Below are positions 10,654 through 21,099 of a stretch of DNA of 25,135 bases, in pieces (the stretch's first letter is position 1; every line of letters begins with the position of its first letter). Source of the DNA: Catajapyx aquilonaris (Eukaryota); the NCBI GenBank assembly GCA_000934665.2, contig KZ538082.1, forward strand, positions 124,001-149,135, read 5' to 3'. The position numbers and the translations under genes were made by a program. The notes below the pieces were generated by a model. The model did no database searches. It saw nothing but the letters and a program-made list of their open reading frames with translations, and was not told where the DNA came from.

Positions 10654-13323
10654 GTTGGCTAAGTGAGTGTGGGTATCCACAAAACCTGTTGTAGAAAGGT
10701 CAGTGGCAGGTGCGTTGAGGACTGTGGTTGTCAACACTGGAGGATGTACCGTGCGTTCAACCGGACCCGGCCAAAATGATTCAAGTGCAGCTGAAGGACA
10801 ATGGGTGCGGGGAACAGCCTTGACCGTCAGGTCCTGCTTGCTGCTGCAGCAGAACAAGAATAACAAGCAGCCAGCAGGCCATATTTTTATTCCACCCACC
10901 AGCAACGAACTGAAAAAGGAAGATCCGTAGCCGTGTAGAGCCAAGGTCGCTCCCGCATGTTGGGACCTAGCACATAAAAAAAATTTGGGTGGAAAAAATA
11001 GAAATGTAAAAGGGCGTGCCTTAGTGGGTGTGCAAACTGTGGAACACATATGGAGACAAACACAAGCGTTTCCGCCAGAATGCAGCGGGATTACATCAAC
11101 TTTCTCACCTTGAGAAGCCAGAGAGGTGTGCCGAATGATTCATTTCGCAGAGCAGGGAAACGTGCGTTTTCGTGAATGACGTCCGTACTGGCCGTACACT
11201 ACTATCCGCCGCCTTGCGACGACAAGGAAATGGAAAGCCCGAAGTAACCTTGGCTGTTTATTGTTCTGCTAGCCATTTCTAATACCCGTCGGCGATTTAT
11301 TACCATTTGGGTCATCCGCAACACATTTCGCAAGAACGGCCCTTTTCACGACTTTCAAGATGAAAGGGAAGCCTTTTTGCAGTGCTGCCCTTTCGCTCAA
11401 ATCGGCATGGAGTGCTAATAGGCCCGTAGGCCGCGCATTTAAATTCTCGGTTCGGACGTCACATACCAGATATCACGTATCAGCTAGCTAATGAATGACC
11501 TTTGGCCAGCCAATATAAAAGCGCAAAAAACTAGGAAAAGCTTGCTTATCGCATGCAGGGACGAACTATTGCACACTGCACGTTTGTCGCCCCCAACTAG
11601 GAATAAACTAGTTTCTATTTATGACCAGAGGGTGTGGTCCATGCTGGAAGCTGTCGGCACAAAAAAAAGCCACACATGTGTAGGCTAATTAGTGCTCGTT
11701 ATGTAAGCCCAGCGTCACGGAAGAGCTTTCGTGCTGGGAAATTATCAATCATATGTCGCCTCTCCCTGACATGAACTGTTGGTCGGCCTTCTTTTCTTTC
11801 TCATGCACTCCCCCAGAACCGTGAGGATAATCCACAATAGTTGGTAAACTATCCGTGACGCGGTAGACTGCTGGACGGAGGTGGGGGTCACCCACAAGAG
11901 ACACGTGTGTTGTTTCCGACCGTTTTCCGCCCGGCCCTCCCACCTATGGCGCGTAGGACTGGTTGCTGACGAAAAGGAGGAAAAAGGATAGGCAAAGGCC
12001 GTCTGAAGGCCGTCTCGGTCGCCTCCGATGACGGAGCTTCCCACCCCCGGCACACACACACAGCAGGACTTCGCCGATTGCCCAACTTGACACGTAAGGT
12101 CAAGCGCGGGAGACATACCCACGTGCGAATCTTATCGCGTGAGGCACCTTGGAGGCAGATATCGGCGGGACGGTTGTTTGAACTGGTTTGTCCAAATTGA
12201 AGCTTGGCAACACGAAAAATATTATATTTGCCCTTTGCTATTTTCAGAGAGTCGAACTTTGTTCCGTGGCTGGGGAAGGGACGTCATCGTGATTTCCCCC
12301 CCGCAGCCTTCCCCCTCTCTTGCCATAAGATGGAGTTGTCCCTTCCAATGAAGGGACATTGTGTGCAAATGTCCCCGCGGTGTTATTGGGGCCCATAAAA
12401 GAGATTGGAGTGGAGAGGACCCATAAAAAGTGAAGGGGGGGGGGGGTGAATTTGAGTTCGTATATCTTCATTGTTTGCCGGTGATTTAACATCGGATCGC
12501 GTTATCGCAGCATTGTGATATGGCGTCCGTCCGGATTTGTTTCCATTGTGGATTCGTCCGTATGAATACACATCTGTTGCCAGTGACTTGGACAATCCGC
12601 CCCCTTTGGTTGTAATCAGTAAGGTCATTACGTTAAGGGGGCTCGAGTTATATTCGTGAACAGTGGCTGTGGTTTGCGATGGGGAACCGGTGCTCCAGAA
12701 GGTTGCGGACGGAAGGAGCGAGCATAGAAGAATGTAGTGGTGGCTGGGCCGAAGGGGGAGAAAAAAATGAGATAAAAAGTGGGCTTCAACATTGCTGGAC
12801 TTGTGTTACCGGTTATTGCCAAAGCTGGTTGTGCATAAGGGCAAGAGGGTTGAACACTCCCAGGGGAAAAGACTCGGCATGTTTCGCGCAATTTCCGCAC
12901 ATATTCCACCCACCTCTCGGAAATAAAATATTCATTGGCCAGGCGTAGGATGATTTTAGTTTATGAATCAGTCGGTTTTTTTTTGTGTGTGTGAGATTCT
13001 ATTCTTAAGGGGAAATGTTGGGGGGTACAACCTTGTCAATGGCTTATCTTTTATCGTGGCGACCCTGGTTTTTTGGTTCTTATATCTGTCTTATGGTCGT
13101 GTAAATCAGGCGTTTACAGGAAGGTCGCTGAATTTTTTCCACAAAGATATCATGCGTGACATTGAATGTGAATTGGTTCTTTTGATAGTGTTTTTTTTGT
13201 TGTGTTTGTTTTTAGCTTGGATGTCAAAGTCTGCAGATTAGCAATCGAAATGAGAATGTCAAAGTTACGTGAAACAAAGAAACTTGTTACATATTTTTAA
13301 TGAATTTGTCCTTTTTTTTCCAG

Positions 13324-13552
13324 GTGCCTTGAAACACTTCTTGAAACTGACTGGGTGTGTGTAATTTGTGCTCAAGTGGATGGAAGGTGACCTGTGACAT
13401 TAGTGCATTGAGGAAGTTTATGGCCTGTCTCACCTGGGACATAGTTGTTGGCCCAGCAATGAACCAGTGCGGGTGTGTCAGTGCGGACAATGATGCCCTG
13501 AGGCCCTCCAAAGACTGGACCAGATGACACTCTGTGGTTTTGGGCAAGAGAC
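13324..13552 (+). other. Hr39: Probable Hr39 5'UTR portion of the first coding exon, containing uORFs
   Basis: A strong acceptor TCCTTTTTTTTCCAG| (AG 13322-13323) lies upstream of the ATG, which implies further non-coding 5' exon(s). Base composition switches from CpG-rich to CpG-poor here. Confidence 0.6.
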
Positions 13553-14057
13553 ATGAATGAGACCATGGACAGCAAAGCACTGGTGAGCGGGTGGGGTGGG
13601 GGAGGAGGGGGTGGGGGAGGGGGAGGTGCAGGAGGAGGAGGCACAGGGGCCACTTCTTCAGCATCTCACTACCACCTGCACCACCACCACCACCATCACC
13701 ATCACCACCACAACAGCAGTAACGCACAACATTCCTTGGGATCCTCTGGAGCGCCTACTTCCACCTCATCTTCATCCTCCTCTTCGTCTTCTTCGTCTCC
13801 TTTACTCCTGGCCAAGATAGCCAATGTGCCAATTCCATCGCCTGTTCCGCTGTCCCCGCAGCTGGGGCAGAGGATAGGTGGGGTAATCCTTCTTCATCAC
13901 CACCACAACGGTGCCAAGGTGGAGGCCACAGAAATGGACTCAACTGTCAGCCTCCAGCAACAGCAACAACTACAACAACAGCAACAACAATCTCCTGAGC
14001 ATGCCTCCAGTGTAGGGGGCAAAGACAATAGACCACCACATCTCTCTTCTGTTGTGG
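13553..14057 (+). CDS. Hr39: Hr39 (FTZ-F1beta/NR5B1) coding exon 1; low-complexity N-terminal A/B region with poly-G, -H, -S and -Q runs
   Basis: ATG at 13553 follows an in-frame TGA at 13499-13501. A second in-frame ATG in strong context (ACCATGG) at 13565 may be the real start. The exon ends at donor GTG G|GTGAGT (GT at 14058), phase 1, which joins in frame to the exon at 15329. Confidence 0.8.
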
Positions 14058-15328
14058 GTGAGTTGCAAGAGTGCTGAAGCGCTTTTGTTCTGTGTTTTAC
14101 CGCTTTTTTAAAAAACTTGCGTAGTGCTCATTTTTGTAACAAAGAGATTGACTTTCTCTGTGTAATTACCCGTACTCAAATAAAAGGTCAGTTTGTGTGT
14201 GATGAAGTAAATAATGACAACTTGCTGAAGAAGAGGAATTATTGTGCTCTTCAGGTTCAGGAATTTCTTTTTTTGGCTGCTCTGAATTACACATGAATCC
14301 ATTATTTATGTTAATTATACGAGTGTATGCATATATGAGCCAAATGTGTCTAAGAAGAAGAAGAAGGTCCACTGTGATAAGCCCTCGACCCTCTCAAATG
14401 TCTGACTTAATTACTTTAATCACTGTACAGTACACTGAATTTTTAAATGTGGCCTAATATGTTTTTATAGGGGAGTTCATAAAATTGTATAATAGTGCTT
14501 TCAAGAACTGTCAGAAGTCAGGAGCACGATGTGATGAAATTTTGACCAAGACTTTTAAAATGTGGAACAATTTTCTTCGCTCATTATTTAAATCATCCAT
14601 TTGATCATATGCAATCATTTCTAAATTCATCTATAGTCTTTGGACAATCTCAATCTGTTTTGAAAAAATTAGGGGGGAAACTTGCCACATCAATATGACT
14701 CATACAGTGTGAGGAAAGTAAGGGGACTATAAGACTAGGACTGGTGGTTGCTCACAGCCCTAAAATAAACCTCAGTTTTGTCCTTGACCCTTGATAATTA
14801 AGCAGTAGTAATGGATCGTTGACATACAGAAAACTCCAGATAATTTGTAGACCACATTTTTTGTGCCAAAATTCATTTGTATGACATGTCTACACCAGAG
14901 TAGCTCACTGATACCAGTGTCAAGGAGTTTTAAAATCTCTGCATGAACCATGCTGCACCATGCTGGTAATTTCTGATTCTGCTTTATTCAGCTATAAAAT
15001 ATTGTGATTTCTTGAGACAATAACATTACAAGCTTTGTTGCAATCTTCATTTTTTGGTGGCACTTGCACATGAGTTAATGTTTAAGTTGTTTTAGTTGAA
15101 TGTTTAACAACTTCCTGATCTGGTCCTATGAATATGAATATTGCCCAACTGTGAGACTGCTGTAATGCAATGGAAGGGATGATCATTTGTCAAGAAATTT
15201 CAGATATCATGGAGGTTAAATATATAAGATGATATCAGCAGTAGATAAAATGCTTATTTTCTGGCTTAGTAAACTGTAGTTTTTTGTGTGTTTATTATGC
15301 ATGATAATAATTACCAATTTGTTTATAG

Positions 15329-15636
15329 TGCACACCAACAGTCAAGAAGAACCTCTTCAGCTGAAGAGCTCTGCATCTACCCCAAGGCTTCCCATGGAAG
15401 CAGAAATTGGTGGTGCTGCGGAAGACGAGGACAACTCTGGCTCTGATGCAGAGGTTAGCAAGATTGACTTCACGGCTACTCACGTGAATCTTCGTAACAA
15501 GAAGAAGCACGGAGATGGAGCCGAGGAGCAAGAGAGGCCTATGTCTTGGGAGGGGGAGCTCTCCGATGGAGAACTCAGCCAGATGGATGACACTGTGGCA
15601 GCCCCACCCAACAACAGCATTCTGCCTTGCAAACAG
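15329..15636 (+). CDS. Hr39: Hr39 coding exon 2 (acidic A/B region, ...ERPMSWEGELSD...)
   Basis: Acceptor TTTATAG| (AG 15327-15328) is phase 1 (G+TG = Val). The frame is open from VHTNSQEEP to LPCKQ. Donor CAG|GTAAGT at 15637 is phase 0 and matches the next exon. Confidence 0.88.
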
Positions 15637-16256
15637 GTAAGTTTGTAAGACTAGGGAAGTGCTGCATTTTTTTTAGGTTTCTTTCCATGATCACATACAT
15701 TTTTATCATTGGAAAAGGTTTCTAAATAATACACCCTTGAAAAAAGTTCTTATTACTGGTTTTCAGTAGTGTACAAAGGTTATAAACACCATTCGTTTGC
15801 ATAGTAGCCTTACAGAATTATTGTGCAGCAATACCCATCAGTGACAAAGTCTGAGTAGAGCAAATACTTGTCCATTGCAGATCTTTTGTTTGCTCTTGAT
15901 GCAGGATTTTAAATGGTAGGCCTATGTCTAGCACATATGATAATGGAAAGTCATATAAACCAGTTCAGCACAGCGAATTTTTGTGGCGTTGAGCAACTGC
16001 TGTAGGCAGGTGTCAGTAGTCAAATCTTGAATTTCATGTATTGTTGACTTCAAAATTAGCTCTCTTTTGTTCAGGTATTTCAAGCTGAATTTGTAATTAT
16101 ACCAGTGTTGCGCACTCCTGAATAAGCACTATTGACAGGAGTTAAATACTGTTACTCTCTCAGCAGAACTAATAATAATCATCCCTGTTTAAGAGTGAAA
16201 AAAAGGGTGTTGATGTTACTAAATTTCTGTATGTTAATATTTTGTTTCCTCATTAG

Positions 16257-17844
16257 GAACCAGAAGAGACATCCATGGAGGGCATCCAGACCACAAGTCC
16301 TGGCAGCCCTCACCCGAAACCGGAGGAACCTCCACCAGATTGGGATAAAGCACCAGAGATGCCCCCAATGTACCACACACAGCAGCAGCCTCCTCCACCC
16401 CTGCCTCCTCCTCCTCCAGACTTCCCTTCAGAACTGCCACTACCCCTCTCAGACCGGATCTTGGGGACATACAGCAACACCCCCAGTCAGAGCCCACTTC
16501 AGACTAGACACAAGCAGCCCCCACAGGCCCCTACACCAAGTCCTGATTCAGCCATACATTCAGCTTACTACTCCCCAACCCAGTCCCCAGTGCAATCCCG
16601 ACATCTCTCAGGATTCAGCAGTCCATTCTCACATCGGACCACTCCCAGCTTGTCTAGGAACAACTCAGATGCTTCACAATACGGGGGGTCACAGCACTCG
16701 TACTCATCGTCAACAACGAGTCCAATATCACCTACACATTTTTCACCAACGCATTCCCCAGTGCAGGCCAGGCATCTAAATGGTGCTGGATTTATGTACG
16801 GGTCACGCCCTGATCTCCCATCCTCGCCACTAGCACCGCGACACCTGCCTGGATACCCGCACATGTTTCCAGATGAAACTCCTGACAATGACGAAGACAA
16901 ATCACAATCACTCCCACCTGATCTTATGCAACACTCAGCATTGGCAGCTCAAGCCGGTATATCTCGCCAGCAGCTGATCAACAGCCCTTGCCCCATATGT
17001 GGTGACAAGATATCTGGGTTCCACTATGGTATCTTCTCATGTGAAAGTTGCAAGGGCTTTTTCAAGCGAACTGTGCAAAATCGGAAGAACTATGTGTGCC
17101 TGCGAGGCTCAACTTGTCCAGTAGCCATTGCCACACGTAAGAAGTGTCCAGCTTGCCGCTTTGAGAAGTGCCTCAAGATGGGCATGAAGTTAGAGGCAAT
17201 CAGGGAGGATCGTACAAGGGGAGGAAGAAGCACATACCAGTGCTCATACACACTTCCAGCCAGTCTGGTCCAATCTAGTGAAACTAGGGGTGGTCCAGGA
17301 ACATCTTCATTTGCACCACCAGAAGTCCCAGTTAAGGTGGAGACACCTGAGACATCAGCAGGACTAAGCACTGTTCCACATTTGCTTCAGGAAATTATGG
17401 ATGTGGAGCATCTTTGGCACTACAATGATCAGGAAATTCATCCGAAAGCCTCATCATCAGCATCAGAAGCATCGAAGATGGCTGCTGACTCAAACTCAGA
17501 CTACCTGACTTCACTTTGCAATATTGCAGACCATCGTCTGTACAAGATAGTGAAGTGGTGCAAGTCACTACCTCTGTTCAAGAACATTCAGATTGATGAC
17601 CAGACCTCGCTACTAATCAATGCATGGTGTGAGCTGCTTCTCTTTTCGTGCTGCTTTCGGTCCATGCCTTGTCCTGGGGAGATCCGAGTCAGCCTAGGGA
17701 AGTCCCTGTCCCTGGAACAAGCTAGGCAGTTGGGTCTCGGACCATGCATTGAGAGAATGCTCAACTTCACTGAGCATCTGCGCAGGCTCAAAGTAGACAA
17801 ATATGAGTATGTTGCCATGAAGGTTATCGTCTTGCTTGCATCAG
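16257..17844 (+). CDS. Hr39: Hr39 coding exon 3: Pro/Ser-rich A/B region, C4 zinc-finger DBD with FTZ-F1 box, hinge and most of the LBD
   Basis: Acceptor TTTCCTCATTAG| (AG 16255-16256), phase 0. The [34 protein letters not shown]...[14 protein letters not shown] (16989-17186) has the NR5 P-box ESCKG. It is followed by [21 protein letters not shown] (NR5B-type FTZ-F1 box) and the [26 protein letters not shown]. Donor TCA G|GTGAGT at 17845, phase 1. Confidence 0.97.
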
Positions 17845-18038
17845 GTGAGTTGCGCTTATTAAATTACTCATGTAATGTTTCTGTACAGTTGTGATAACTC
17901 TGTGGAGTATAATTTAAATCATTTTCCAGTCAATTAAGGCAATCTGCAGTGTTTTCCTGATGCTAATTATTCAGCTTCTCAGATAGGTTAAACAGAAGGA
18001 CTGAGGAACAATACTAAACATGGACCTTTATTTATTAG

Positions 18039-18283
18039 ATGCAAGTGGATTGAAGGAACCAGAAAAGGTACGCAGCTCCCAAGAGAAAGTGCTGCAGGCC
18101 CTGCAGCAGTATACCTTAGCTCACTATCCTGAGCTCCCGTCCAAGTTTGGGGAGTTGCTTCTAAGGATACCTGACCTCCAGAGGACATGCCAGGTGGGAA
18201 AGGAGATGCTCTCCATCAAGAATAAGGATGGAGAGGTGTCCAGTTTCAACCTCCTCATGGAGCTGCTCAGAGGGGACCATTGA
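18039..18283 (+). CDS. Hr39: Hr39 coding exon 4: end of LBD with AF-2 helix and stop codon
   Basis: Acceptor TTTATTTATTAG| (AG 18037-18038), phase 1 (G+AT = Asp). It encodes [17 protein letters not shown]...[24 protein letters not shown]...[12 protein letters not shown]. This C-terminus is typical of arthropod HR39. The spliced CDS totals 2646 nt (881 aa plus stop). Confidence 0.96.
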
Positions 18284-19167
18284 CATGTGCCACAAAGTCA
18301 GTTCACTTGATGTTAGGTGGGTGTCTCATAATAAGGGTTGTTACTTCAGAAACCAGTGCATGTGGGAGGTGAAGTGAATATACACCTAGCCTGAATGGGT
18401 GACACAAATAGCACAATGTGTCTGAGCAAAACATCATTGGACACTTATTATGAGACACCTCAATGCATCTCACTTATCATTTATGTTACATTGTTACCAA
18501 TAACTATTTCCTTTATTGCAGTTTGTTTCTCTGTGCCTTCCTTCATGCAATCAGGAAAATGCCAAATGCCAGTATGCTGCAGAAGACATGGCAGGACATT
18601 CTTTTTTATCATACTCGCTAGCCGCCAACCTTTTTAGTTGCTGGATGGGAAGCGGTGCAAGTGTAGTTTTTACATGTTTTTTTTTGTATACATGGAACAA
18701 GTGCGATATTTCTGGCTCCTCAGTGAGTTTACAGTGATGGTGACTGCTTTTTTACAATCCTTTTTGCAGCTTAGTTCTTTTTATAATTGCTGTAAGTGAT
18801 ACGTGAAGGTTCTTTTTTTTTTTTACGAAGAGGCTATTTCATATATGCTGTAATACAAATGCCTTTGTAAATGGTTTTGTAACAAACCAGGCTTTCCCCC
18901 CACTCCCCTCCATTTTTTAAAATAATTGCCAAGTGAAACCAATGACAGTTTATATTTCTACTGAAAATATTCTAGGTGTTGTAGTTGTGGTGATGTTTTG
19001 TGCCTTCACTAGCACTGTGTTGTGAGAGGATATAATTGAGCTGAGAAGTAAGTTTAGTGACACTTTGCAAAAACTTGACAATCCATACCTTCTTTGTGTG
19101 CTAAAATGTTTACCTGTTTTGGTTTAGGGTGTGGGAGGAAGGATCACTAGGTGTATATAATAAGTAA

Positions 19168-19223
19168 GGGTGGAATTTTCGTCCCACTGCTAGTTACTGC
19201 TAACTTAGACGAAAATTCCACCC
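19168..19223. repeat. 16-bp perfect inverted repeat (hairpin) downstream of the Hr39 stop
   Basis: GGGTGGAATTTTCGTC (19168-19183) and GACGAAAATTCCACCC (19208-19223) are separated by a 24-nt spacer. Confidence 0.9.
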
Positions 19224-21099
19224 CAAAACTTTAATTTTCTTTAAGAATTTTTTAAATATTACGTTTTTGGTGCTGGAAATGACCTTTTCAAAAGAATCCA
19301 TGCTCCCAATTAGCTCCTCCTTCCTCCCCCCTGCATGTTAGGTTAACACACCACAAGTGCAATGACAGAGTTAACTGTAGTTTAATGTAATATGATATAT
19401 TTTTTCGAATAAGCATGGGTTGCAAGTTGCTGCAACGTGTCACCACCACAGTTTGTACTTCATGTTGCCAGCTATTTATTACTAACTGCTCTATGCGCTG
19501 ATCCCAAACCCAAATTGAGTTTTGGATGTGAAACAAGGAGATTTTTTTTTAATGTTGATATTTTTATTTGCAATGGAATAGGAGTCATGAAGATGTAGTG
19601 CAATGGAAAGGAGAAGTATTCGATACATTCCCACCGAGGGATGTTTCCCTCGTCGTTATGTTACACATGAGAATCCCAGTGGTAATGAATAAGATGAGTT
19701 GAGAAATTATAGCTTTCGACCAGTATTTAAAAATGTGTGTGACAGCACTTATTTATTCTAAGGTTGTTTTATACCTCAGAATTATGTGCAGAAAATTATT
19801 TAGGGGGGGACTTAATGATTGGAGGAGGGAAGTAAGAATGAAGAGTGATAACATGTCTTATAAAGACACATGCCAGCAAACTCTCTGACATTCATTTGGG
19901 TGCTGATATTTTCACTGAGGCAATCTAATTTTCAATCAGTTCCTCGACAGGTACTGTCAGGCGCAAGACATGTTGGTCATTGCAGAAGTGTGGATTGGCA
20001 GGGGTTGGGGATAATTATTATTAGTATGTAAAAAAAGTAAGAATAATAATTCCGGTGACTTTCCCCTACCCCTGAGTGACAGCAAGGATCAAAAATTGTT
20101 TTATTCAGTTGTAGTTCTGGTACTTGATTGAACCTAGACTCTCAAAAACTGTTCTCATGTGAATCATGATATGTGAGTCAGTGTTAGGTTAAAAAGGGGG
20201 GAAAAAAAGTTCTCCCCACCTCTCCCCATTTCTGGTTTTACCATGCCATCCCCATTTTTTATATTGAATGAATGAATGAATGTGATGCTTTGTACTCTTG
20301 TTTTTTCATGGAGAACTTGCATCTATTGGACAAAAAAAGAGATGCTTTTTTATATCACTGGCGAGTTTATTGACAATCTGGTGTCTTGCTTTTTCAGGTG
20401 GTGGTAGGTTTATTACTTCCTTTCAGGCATGGATGTTTCTGCAACAAGTAAGGCATTAATATAATGTATAGGCTATGTAGTTTTGTTGTCAGTTCTCTTT
20501 CATATGTGATGCCTGCCTCAGCCAAGAAGCTAGTTCCGAAGTAATTGTTGTGCTCAAGAAACCAAGCAATATTCCAAGTGAAGTAATGAATGTGGGTCTC
20601 TGGTCCTTTGTTTAACTTGCCTGGTTTTCAACATTCCACCTTGTAATCATGAACAAGAATACTTCATTATCTTAACGCACGAAGGGTATCTCTTGAATAA
20701 TATTGGCATACTTTTTTATTGTCTTTGTGCAAAAACTGGGTATAATATAATATGACAACCTTCACTACATGTGTGCAATTATGAGCAAAATAATGGAGAC
20801 GGACTTGTTAGAAGATCCAGTGAGTTCAGTGTAAAAATGGGACTGTCTCTGGCCCAATATAAAAAGATGGTGTTGGCTGCCCCAGTCTTCCAGACGTAGC
20901 CTACTCTATTATTCAAACCAGAAACTTTCTGGACAATTTCCAAGTGTTCCCTGGATATTTTTATGTCAGGCCTATTAGAACAGGTTTTTAAGAACCAAGA
21001 ATTTATTGATATATTACTTGCTATCATTCTGTGTATGGGTTAATTTGCATAGCAGCTTTGACATTTTCCTTAGTTTTTCCTACACGACAAGGAGCCAGT

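Larger units (their letters stand above)
998..13127. promoter_or_regulatory. Dispersed cluster of AAGGTC(A/G) monomeric nuclear-receptor half-sites upstream of Hr39
   Basis: 18 copies counted by eye, against about 3 expected under uniform composition. These include exact FTZ-F1 consensus CCAAGGTCG at 9974-9982 (-) and 10941-10949 (+), and GCAAGGTCA at 4721-4729 (-) and 7405-7413 (+). Confidence 0.6.

Noticed and set aside
10107..11501. Ecdysone response elements (IR1), e.g. GTCCCAATGAACC at 10107 and TAATGAATGACCT near 11489
   Set aside because: Each has only one good half-site, so no convincing EcRE can be called by eye.
278..13241. Dozens of 60-197 aa ORFs on both strands in the upstream region
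   Set aside because: They have no recognisable domains, overlap in conflicting frames, and many run through homopolymers or microsatellites. This is expected by chance in non-coding DNA of near 50% GC.
16989..17250. Assignment as ftz-f1 (NR5A3) rather than Hr39
   Set aside because: The [18 protein letters not shown] box, [19 protein letters not shown] and terminal [10 protein letters not shown] are HR39-type. FTZ-F1 has AVRADRMRGGRNKFG at this position.
16132..17818. Alternative-frame and antisense ORFs overlapping Hr39 exon 3 (e.g. 16132-16779, 215 aa)
   Set aside because: These are shadow ORFs of a Pro/Ser-rich coding exon with no independent protein features.
17845..17894. Read-through of the 539-aa ORF to its stop as the Hr39 C-terminus
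   Set aside because: A consensus donor at 17845 and an in-phase final exon supply the missing LBD helices and AF-2.
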